This document shows positions 56,542-64,000 of a DNA stretch of 64,000 nucleotides, one piece after another; the stretch's first letter is position 1, and every line of letters starts with the position of its first letter. Under the pieces are notes generated by a model, which saw only the letters and a list, made by a program, of their open reading frames with translations, had not been told where the DNA came from and made no database searches. The DNA lies in NCBI GenBank assembly GCA_963805975.1, contig CAWDVR010000005.1, positions 1-64,000 on the forward strand, written 5' to 3'. A program made the position numbers and the translations under genes. The stretch is from an uncultured Acidobacteriota bacterium (GTDB taxonomy: Bacteria > Acidobacteriota > Thermoanaerobaculia > Multivoradales > SZUA-115).

Positions 56542-56959
56542 GGCGGCAGCGTGCCGGCCACCAGCCGGTAGAGCCACAGGCCGCCAAAGAGCGCCAGGTG
56601 GACGAGCGCCAGGGAAAGCTCCCACCGCTCGGCGGCGAGCGCCTTGCCGCGCAGGATCACGGTTCCCCAGGCGAGCCACAGCAGCGCCCCCTCGGCCGCG
56701 AGGAGCGGCGCCAGCGGGTGCATCCGCACGGCCGCGGCGAGATCTCCCTGCGCCATCAGCGTGAAAGCGCGCGTGAGGCCGCAGCCGGGACAGGCGAGAT
56801 GGGTGTGGCGGCGGAAGAGGCAGAGCGAGCTCTCGACGGCGCCGCTCGGCGTCCAGTGGGCGAAGACCAGCCAGGCGAGGGCGGCGAGGGCCGCCGCGCC
56901 GGCCCAGAGGGCGAAGCGGCTCCGGCCGACCTGCACCGGAGCCGCGGTCGAGTCACTAG
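56538..56959 (-). CDS. DUF2752 domain membrane protein (start uncertain)
   Basis: CLFR..T.L.CPGCGLTRA...HPL motif. Confidence 0.85.
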
Positions 56960-57339
56960 AAGCGATCAGCGTACTGGCTGATGCCGGGGACGATGACACG
57001 CTGGCCGTTGACGCCCTTGATGATGCAGAAGATGTGGAGAATGATCACCGCGAGCCAGATGAAGAGGCCCAGGATGCCGGTCAGGCAGCCACCGACCCCG
57101 TGGGTCACCGCCGCGGCCACCATCTGCACCACGAAGAGGCCGATCCAGAGGATGAACTCGGCCACCATCAGCACGATGCCGTGCTTGGCGTGCCACTGCA
57201 CCTCGCGGTCGTCCTTCTCGACCAGGAGCGGGATCAAGGCCAGCAGCCAGAGGTACGACAGCACGATCATGATCCCGCGGTTCTGGCTCACGGCGCCGCC
57301 GGGGGGAGGCGGAACAGGGGGAATGCCGGGTTCGGTCAT
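56956..57339 (-). CDS. DUF4870-like membrane protein
   Basis: LSYL..LALIPL.VEKDD.EV.WHAKHG; three TM segments. Confidence 0.8.
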   Translation of the reverse strand: MTEPGIPPVPPPPGGAVSQNRGIMIVLSYLWLLALIPLLVEKDDREVQWHAKHGIVLMVAEFILWIGLFVVQMVAAAVTHGVGGCLTGILGLFIWLAVIILHIFCIIKGVNGQRVIVPGISQYADRF

Positions 57340-57487
57340 CGCTTGGGACCCTCCGATTCAGAAGTTGGACGACGCACTCTCGAGAGCCGTGCGGTCGGGG
57401 ATGGGATCGATAGGCGTCAGTCTATCCAAGGCCATACGGGCCGACAAGGCTCACCACGGCGACAGAGCTGGCCGGCTTGCACGCAAG

Positions 57488-57574
57488 GTGGGGCAGCCGA
57501 GGGAGCCGGGGAGCAGCGCAGCGTGACCCGAAGGGGGCGTCGAGCAGCGGACCAGGCTCCCTCGGCTGCCCCAC
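57488..57574. repeat. Hairpin repeat element, copy 2 (23-bp arms with 1 mismatch, 41-nt core)
   Basis: Arms GTGGGGCAGCCGAGGGAGCCGGG and CCAGGCTCCCTCGGCTGCCCCAC; the core is 37/41 identical to copy 1 in inverted orientation. Confidence 0.85.
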
Positions 57575-58226
57575 TCACCCTTCCCATGCTCGACAAATCG
57601 CCTCGCGAGGGGCCGTCACCTCACACCGTGCTTCGAGCCCGAGCTCCGCCAGCGCCTCCTCGAGCCGGGGGCGCTCCGCGGCCCAGACCCGCAGGGTCAG
57701 CTCGACTCCCTCGCCATAGCGCTCGGACAGGATCTCGATCGCCGGTGGATGGAGCAGGCGCTTGACCGCGCCCAGGCGCTCGTAGGGGAGCGACACCGCA
57801 AGCTCCACCGTCGGCACGCGGAGCACCCGTCGCGAGGCCGGCCAGCGCCTCGCGGACCGCGCCGGCATAGGCGCGGGCCAACCCGCCCTTACCCAGCTTG
57901 GTGCCGCCGAACCAGCGCACCACCACGGCGAGGACGTCCGACAGATGGGCACCGCGCAGCACCCGCAGCATCGGCATGCCGGCCGTGCCCGCGGGCTCGC
58001 CGTCGTCCGCGCTGCGCTCCTGCGGCTCGGCACCCAGGCGCCAGGCCCAGCAGTGGTGCGTGGCGTCGGGAAAGCGCCCGCGCAGGGCTTCGATCTCGGC
58101 GCGGGCCTCGGTCGCGCCGGCGACGGGCAGCACCAAGGCCAGGAAGCGGGAGCCCTTCTCGCGCAGCTCGGCCTCGGCCGAGCCGGCGGGCGCGCGATAG
58201 CCAGCCTCAGCCGGCGACCCGCTCAT
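57575..58226 (-). CDS. yigZ: IMPACT/YigZ family protein; apparent frameshift near 57827
   Basis: EKGSRF, ATHHCWA, DDGEPAGTAG.P and RWFGGTKLG.GGL.RAY; the C-terminal domain (VELAVSLPYERLG) is in another frame. Confidence 0.85.
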
Positions 58227-59370
58227 AGATGCGGCGGTACTGGGCCACCACGGCCTCCTGCCCGAAGCGCTGGATCGCCTGTCTCCGCGCTTCCTCGCCG
58301 AAGCGCCGGTGGCGCTCCGGATCGGCGAGCAGGCCGACGGCGGCCTCGGCCATGCCGTCCACGTCGCCCACCGGCAGGAGGTAGCCGGTGACGCCGTGCT
58401 CGACCACCTCCGGCAGGCCGCCGGCATGTGCACCGACCACCGGCACTTTGCAGGCCATGGCTTCGAGGGCCGAGAGACCGAAGGACTCGGCGTCCGAGGT
58501 CAGGAGGAAGAGGTCGGCGCCCACCAGCACCTCCTCGACCAGCGGCAGGTTGCCGATCAGGGTGATCGAGTCGCAGATGCCCAGCTCCCGGCAGCGCTGC
58601 TCGACCTTGGGGCGCTCCGGGCCGTCGCCCACCAGCAGCAGGCGCGCCGGTGTCCGCCGCCGCACGCGGTCGAAGGTCTCGATCACGTCGAGCACCCGCT
58701 TGACCGGCCGGAAGTTCGAGATGTGGACGAGGATCTTCTCCTCCGGCCGCGCCCAGCGGCGGGCGCCCGGCAGAGGTGCCGCGCGCTCGTAGCGGCCGGG
58801 GTCGACGAAGTTCCCCACCACGTCGATCTCGGCCTCGATGCCCAGCTTCTCGGCCGTCATCCGCCGCAGCCACTCGGAGACCGCGGTGACCGCGTCGCTC
58901 TCCAGGATGCCGAAGCGGGTGGTCTCGAGATAGCTGGGATCGTTGCCCACCAGGGTGATGTCCGTGCCGTGGAGCGTGGTGACCACGGGCAGCGCCTGCG
59001 GCTCGAGGATCTGGCGCGCCAGCACCGCGGAGACGGCGTTCGGCACCGCGTAGTGGACGTGCATCACGTCCAGCCGCTCGCGCCGCGCCACCTCCACCAT
59101 CTTGGTGGCGAGGGCGAGCGAGTAGGGGGGGTACTCGAAGAGCGGGTAGTTGGCCACCACCACCTCGTGGTAGTGGAGGTTGGCGTAGAGCTCGGGCGGC
59201 GGCGCGGTGGCGAGCGTGCGCAGGCTCCCGCAGAGGCTCGAGAGCCGCGACGGCAGCGCATAGCTGATGATGTGGACCTGATCGCCGCCGGCGGCGAGCG
59301 CCATGGCGAGCTCGGTCGCCACCACGCCCGAGCCGCCGTAGGTGGGGTAGCAGTTGATGCCGATCCTCAT
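58207..59370 (-). CDS. bshA: N-acetyl-alpha-D-glucosaminyl L-malate synthase
   Basis: CYPTYGGSGVVATEL, YPLFEYPPY, HVHYAVP, HISNFRPVKR and ESFGLSALEAM. Confidence 0.96.
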   Translation of the reverse strand: MRIGINCYPTYGGSGVVATELAMALAAGGDQVHIISYALPSRLSSLCGSLRTLATAPPPELYANLHYHEVVVANYPLFEYPPYSLALATKMVEVARRERLDVMHVHYAVPNAVSAVLARQILEPQALPVVTTLHGTDITLVGNDPSYLETTRFGILESDAVTAVSEWLRRMTAEKLGIEAEIDVVGNFVDPGRYERAAPLPGARRWARPEEKILVHISNFRPVKRVLDVIETFDRVRRRTPARLLLVGDGPERPKVEQRCRELGICDSITLIGNLPLVEEVLVGADLFLLTSDAESFGLSALEAMACKVPVVGAHAGGLPEVVEHGVTGYLLPVGDVDGMAEAAVGLLADPERHRRFGEEARRQAIQRFGQEAVVAQYRRIYERVAG

Positions 59371-60104
59371 CGCACGCCCCCGGGGAGAAGGGCGAGCGGG
59401 TCGCGCACCGCGAGCGGCTGCCGGCTCCAGAAGGGCTCGCCGAAGGTGGCGCCCACCAGGGCCCCGAAGTGGCGGGCCCGGCCTTCGACGGCGAGGCGGA
59501 AGTCCTCGGTCGCCACCTTGGTGATCGGCTCGGCGCGCTTCGCACCGGCCTGGTGGAGCTGGCTCCGGTAGGCGTCGAGCGAGGCGACCTTGGCCGGCCA
59601 GGCAGCCGTCACGTCCACCACGAAGCTCACGGCGAAGGAGTCGTGCTGCATGAACGAGAATATTGCTCCTGGCCGATGGGGCGTCGCCGGCCGATGGGGC
59701 GCCCCCGCTCCCCGGTGCCTGAGGCCCGCGTAGAAGCAGGCGGCCTCGACCAGGGCGTGGGCCCGCCCGTGGTCGGGGTGGCGGTCGGCGGGCGTGGGGG
59801 AGAGCACCAGCTCGGGCTGCAAGCGCCGCAGCACGGCGATCAGCGCGTCCTCCTCCGCCTCGCCGGTGCGCAGCCGGCCATCGCCGCAGTCGAGAAAGTC
59901 GAGCGTCGCGGCGCCGAGCGTCGCGGCGGCCCTCTCGGCCTCGGCCCGGCGCTCCTCGGCGGTGCCCCGCGTGCCGGCCTCTCCGCGCGTCAAGTGGACG
60001 ATGCCCACCCTCTGCCCGCGGCTGGCGGCGAGAGCCAGCGTGCCGCCACAGCCGAGCTCCACGTCGTCCGGATGCGCGCCGATGGCCAGGATGTCGAGGT
60101 GCAA
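59367..60104 (-). CDS. bshB1: Bacillithiol biosynthesis deacetylase
   Basis: AHPDDVELGCGGT, LTRGEAGTRGT and DRHPDH; located in the bsh cluster. Confidence 0.93.
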   Translation of the reverse strand: MHLDILAIGAHPDDVELGCGGTLALAASRGQRVGIVHLTRGEAGTRGTAEERRAEAERAAATLGAATLDFLDCGDGRLRTGEAEEDALIAVLRRLQPELVLSPTPADRHPDHGRAHALVEAACFYAGLRHRGAGAPHRPATPHRPGAIFSFMQHDSFAVSFVVDVTAAWPAKVASLDAYRSQLHQAGAKRAEPITKVATEDFRLAVEGRARHFGALVGATFGEPFWSRQPLAVRDPLALLPGGVR

Positions 60105-60122
60105 GGGGATCTCCTTCCCGGC

Positions 60123-61769
60123 CTAGATCCGCACGATCTGGAGCCGCTCGGCGTCGAGCTCCACCTGCTCCCAGAACGCGTCTGCGAAGCGGTCGCCGTA
60201 GCGGGCGAAGAACGAGGCGGTGGCAATCGCCCGCTCCTGGAGCTTGCCGCCCGGCAGGCAGACGGCGCGGAGCTGCTCCACGCGGCGGCGGGTCTCGCCG
60301 TCGGCGCGGGCGGCGGCGGCGGTGGCCTTGTCCGAGAAGGTGGCGAGCGCGCGGTCGATGGTGTCGCGGGTCTTCTGCCACGGCGACTCAAGGTTGCGAT
60401 CGACGGCGAGCGCCTGCTCGCGCAGAGCGGCCAGCTCGCGCTCGACGAGCGCGCGGAGCGGCGCCGCGATCTCGCCGCCGTGGCGGGCCACGAGCTTGCG
60501 GTCGAGCTCCGTCTCGGGAGCGAAGAGGTCCGCGAGCTCCAGCCCGAGGCCGGCGAGCCAGCCGCAGTGCCGCTCTTCGAGCACTACCACCTGGGGGCGG
60601 AGCGTGGTCCAGGGCGCTTCGATCCCCAGCACGGGATAGACCGCCGCGGTCTGGGCCATGTAGGACATCTCGCCCGGCCCCAGCACTTGCAGGGTGGTGC
60701 CGAGCACCGCGTCCTGGATCGCGGGCCGCGCCAGCACGCCGGGGCTGACGCGCTCCGGTTCGGCCTCCAGGATGGCCAGGAGCTCGGCCAGGGGTGCCGC
60801 GGGCCGCTCACTGCCGCGGAGCGCATACTCACTCTCGCCACGCCACGCGATGCGCCGGCGCGCGCCTTCTTCGAGCAGGAAGAGCGGGGAGACACCGCGC
60901 TGGGGCGCCACCTGCAGGCGGTAGCCACGCTCGCCCACGCGAGCGTCGGCGGCCTCGTAGGCCGACTCCACCGCGGTACGCCGTTCGATCAGCAGCTTCA
61001 GCCACGGCCGCTCGGCCTCTTTGAGGGCGGGCAACTGCGAATCGAGGAGCAGCGGGCAGCGCTCGCCCAGGAAACGGACGAGGAGGGCCGAGAACGCCTC
61101 GCCGAAGCCCGCCTCCGGCCGCGAGAGAGAGGCCACGCGCCGCCACTCCTCGGCCCAGCCGGGGCCGCCGCCGAGGGCCTCGATCTCGGCCAGGACCGCC
61201 TCGACGCCGGGCCCTAGGGGGCGCAGGCCGAGCGGCGCGAGGGGCGACGGGTCCGGCCCGAGGTCGAAGGTTCGGGGGCCACCCGAGGTGAGCACCGTCG
61301 CGGTCGCGGACTCGGCCCAGTCGTGGTCCTCGGTCGCCACCCAGAACACGGCCACGGCCGGCTGGCCCGCCGCCTCGAGCGCCTCCGCCCAGCGTGCCGC
61401 GGTCACGGCCTTCGAGAAGGCGTAGAGCGGGCCGCCGAAAAGCCCCGGCTGCTGGCCGGTGACCACCACCCGCGTCTCGGGCGCGGCCAGCTTCGCCGCC
61501 AGGCGGTCTGCCGCCGGGTGGCCGTAGCCGCGGTTGGCGGCGGCGAGCGCCGCGGCGAGCGCCGTGCGATCGGCCGCCGGCGGCGGGCCTTCGGGGAGCT
61601 TGCCCGGGCGCAGGAAACGGAGCGGTGCGAGGAGATCGAGATCGCGCCCGGCGAGCAGGGCCGAGGGCAGGGGGCCGAGAAGCCCGAGCTCGTCGAGCGA
61701 CAGGTCGCCCGGGCGACAGGCAGGCTCCTCGGAGAGTGCCAGAGTCTCAGGCAGGGTCGTGGTGATCAC
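60123..61769 (-). CDS. bshC: Bacillithiol biosynthesis cysteine-adding enzyme
   Basis: VTGQQPGLFGGPLY, VFWVATEDHD, SPGVLARP.IQD, GPGEMSY and LQER; GTG start overlaps the upstream stop. Confidence 0.93.
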   Translation of the reverse strand: MITTTLPETLALSEEPACRPGDLSLDELGLLGPLPSALLAGRDLDLLAPLRFLRPGKLPEGPPPAADRTALAAALAAANRGYGHPAADRLAAKLAAPETRVVVTGQQPGLFGGPLYAFSKAVTAARWAEALEAAGQPAVAVFWVATEDHDWAESATATVLTSGGPRTFDLGPDPSPLAPLGLRPLGPGVEAVLAEIEALGGGPGWAEEWRRVASLSRPEAGFGEAFSALLVRFLGERCPLLLDSQLPALKEAERPWLKLLIERRTAVESAYEAADARVGERGYRLQVAPQRGVSPLFLLEEGARRRIAWRGESEYALRGSERPAAPLAELLAILEAEPERVSPGVLARPAIQDAVLGTTLQVLGPGEMSYMAQTAAVYPVLGIEAPWTTLRPQVVVLEERHCGWLAGLGLELADLFAPETELDRKLVARHGGEIAAPLRALVERELAALREQALAVDRNLESPWQKTRDTIDRALATFSDKATAAAARADGETRRRVEQLRAVCLPGGKLQERAIATASFFARYGDRFADAFWEQVELDAERLQIVRI

Positions 61770-62497
61770 GTCTTCCTCGCTACCAGGATCAAACGCTCGC
61801 TCGCCGCCGAGTAGGCCCGGCCGTCGAAGTCGCCGAAGGTCGAGAGCAGCTCGAAGCCGGCCCACAGCAGGCCGTTCTTCACCTCGTCGAGGCGGTAGGC
61901 GCGCACGCTCTCGAGGAAGGTCCGCGCTGCGCCGCCGGGCGAGCTCAGGCGGATGCGCTTGTTGAGCCGCTGGGTGGCGGCATCGTACCAGCGCTCGATC
62001 TCCACCACCCGCCCGTCGACGGTGCGGGTCTCGCGCGGCTTGAGGCCGGCGATGGCAGGCTCCGGGTTCAGGAGGTCGAGGAGGAAGCTGCCGCCGGTCT
62101 CGAGCACCCGCGCCACTTCCTCGAGCACCAGGAAGTTCTCGCGCTCGCTCTCGAAGTAGCCGAAGGAGGTGAAGAAGTTGAGCACCCAGCCGAAGGTGCG
62201 GTCGGCGAACGGCAGGCGGCGCATGTCCCCGCCCACCCGCGGCAGGTCCGGCCGGCGGGCGAGCAGCGTGAGCGAGAGGTCGATGCCGAGCGCGCGGTGC
62301 CCCCTTCGGCGCAGCACCTCGGTATGGCGGCCGGCGCCGCAGGCCAAGTCGAGCACGGCACCCCCTTGGCGGTCGGGGAGCCGGGCGTCCCCCAAATGAC
62401 GCTCGACGAAGTCCACGTGCAGCTCGGCCTCACCGCGGTCGCGGTGCGCATAGAGGTCCATGTACTCGTCGCCGAACCACTCCCGATACCAGGCCAT
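61766..62497 (-). CDS. Class I SAM-dependent methyltransferase (candidate bacillithiol N-methyltransferase)
   Basis: VLDLACGAGRH, GDMR, NFFTSFGYF and ESVRAY; translationally coupled to bshC. Confidence 0.88.
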   Translation of the reverse strand: MAWYREWFGDEYMDLYAHRDRGEAELHVDFVERHLGDARLPDRQGGAVLDLACGAGRHTEVLRRRGHRALGIDLSLTLLARRPDLPRVGGDMRRLPFADRTFGWVLNFFTSFGYFESERENFLVLEEVARVLETGGSFLLDLLNPEPAIAGLKPRETRTVDGRVVEIERWYDAATQRLNKRIRLSSPGGAARTFLESVRAYRLDEVKNGLLWAGFELLSTFGDFDGRAYSAASERLILVARKT

Positions 62498-62556
62498 GGG
62501 CGGCGATGATAGCCCGAGCGGCCGGCGCGCGCGGGCCGCGATATCCTTGCCGGATC

Positions 62557-62826
62557 ATGCCCGGCCGGAGCAGCAAGCGGATTCTTCTCTGGAGCGCCTT
62601 CGCCGGCTTTCTGCTGCACACGGCCGCGGCGCTCCTGGTCTGGACCCGCTGGGGCCAAGGCGCGCGCGGCCTCTACCTGGTGTGGATGGACCTGCCGCTC
62701 TCGTTCGCCTGGGCCGGCGAGTACGGGCGGGCGCTCCTGGTGTGGAGCCTCACCGTGGGCGGTGCCTGGTGGGCGGCCCTCACCGCGCTTCTGGCGTACG
62801 TTTTCGGCCGCATTGGTCGTCGATAG
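62557..62826 (+). CDS. Small membrane protein
   Basis: Two to three hydrophobic segments; TATCCT box upstream. Confidence 0.55.
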   Translation: MPGRSSKRILLWSAFAGFLLHTAAALLVWTRWGQGARGLYLVWMDLPLSFAWAGEYGRALLVWSLTVGGAWWAALTALLAYVFGRIGRR

Positions 62827-62832
62827 GCTCCC

Positions 62833-63815
62833 ATGCTGCAGCTCGGCAGGTCACAGTCGACCCACCCCTCTTCCTGGCGCCGATGGCGGGCGTCACGGAC
62901 CGCGATTTCCGCCTCATCGTGCGGCGCATCGGCGGCGTGGGCGTGGTGACGATGGAGTTCATCTCCGCCAAGGGCCTCGCCGGGGGCGACCGGCTGGCGA
63001 CGAGCCTCATGGTGTTCTCCGCCGAGGAGCGGCCGCTCTCCATCCAGATCTACGGTGCGGACGCCGCCACCATGGCGGAGGCGGCGCGCATCGTCGAGGC
63101 CTCCGGCGCCGACCTCTGCGACATCAACATGGGCTGCCCGGCGAACAAGGTGCTCGCCGGCTGCGCCGGCGCGGCGCTGATGGGAGACCTGGGGCTCGCC
63201 GAGGCGATCGTGCGCGAGGTGACGCGGGCGGTCTCGATCCCGGTGACGGTCAAGTTCCGCCTCGGGCTCGACGACCGCCGGCTCGCCTACCTCGACCTCG
63301 GTCGCATCTGCGAGGCGCACGGCGTGGCTGCGGTGGCGATGCACGGGCGAACCGCGCGGCAGGGCTTCTCGGGGCGCGCCGACTGGGAGCCGATCGCGCG
63401 CCTCAAGGAGACCGTTGGCATCCCGGTGATCGGCAACGGCGACGTCGGGACGGCCGACGACGCGGTGAGGCTGCTGCGCTCTACCGGCTGCGACGGCGTG
63501 ATGGTGGGCCGCGCCGCCACGCGCGACCCCTGGGTGTTCCGGCAGATCGCGGCCCGGCTCGGCTACCAGGCGTTCCGTGAGCCGACGCTCGCCGAGCGCG
63601 GCACGCTGATCCGTGACCACTTCGCGACCGTGGTGCGCCGTGAGCCCGAGGGCGCCGCACTCCACAAGCTGCGGCTCTTCACGCGCTGGTACAGCCAGGG
63701 GCTGCCCGGCGGCCAGCGCCTGCGGCGCCAGATCCAGGAGCTGCCGACGACCGCCGCGTTCCTCACCGCCATCGACAGCTTCTTGGGCGAGCTCGACCTC
63801 GAGGCGGCGGCTTGA
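62833..63815 (+). CDS. dusB: tRNA dihydrouridine synthase; apparent 1-nt frameshift near 62846
   Basis: LAPMAGVTD, DINMGCP, VTVKFRLG, HGRT, GNGDV and DGVMVGR; the likely start MLQLG is out of frame with VTVDPP. Confidence 0.92.
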
Positions 63816-64000
63816 GCGCCGGGGCGGGCAGCGCGCCGGGGAGTAGCCTGGTTCGCGAGCTCCCGGTTTCCGTCGAGCGGGCGCGCGCGGCCGTGACCGA
63901 GGCCGCCGAGCGCTGGGGCGCGGACTGGGACCCCGAGACGGGCACGATCTCGCTGCCGCTCGCGGCCGGCCTGCGCGTCGGCGTGGGCCGTGGCTCGCTC
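63812..64000 (+). CDS. Hypothetical protein, partial (runs off the window)
   Basis: TTG overlapping the dusB stop; open frame ...AVTEAAERWGADWDPETGTISLP... Confidence 0.5.
   Translation, partial: MSAGAGSAPGSSLVRELPVSVERARAAVTEAAERWGADWDPETGTISLPLAAGLRVGVGRGSL

Overview
This is a very GC-rich bacterial chromosome segment. The host is inferred, not verified, to be Acidobacteriota (Thermoanaerobaculia-like), based on the protein families present. Most of the window is housekeeping: tRNA-Arg(ACG), tRNA-Glu(CTC), thiG, panBCD, futalosine-pathway genes, a complete F0F1 ATP synthase operon, iorAB plus a cytochrome c, mreBCD-mrdA-rodA-rng, a SurA/PpiD chaperone, ruvA/ruvB, bshABC plus a methyltransferase, and dusB. 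The best candidate for an undescribed system lies between ruvA and ruvB. It comprises an unannotated 31-aa peptide (MRLLLWLLSLLENPLTPFRAIEEGSLNDPDG, strong RBS, structured upstream region), a sigma-region-2-only mini-protein and a translationally coupled TPR-like helical protein, and it resembles a peptide-signalling cassette. Other notable items are three tandem paralogous XRE regulators, each with its own promoter, a 47-Cys secreted orphan protein, a dispersed hairpin element with a conserved core but unrelated stems, a planctomycete-like ATP synthase with a large AtpA insertion, and a probable integration-site flank at tRNA-Arg. Four apparent indel frameshifts are probably assembly errors. 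All family assignments come from motif recognition by eye; no database searches were run.
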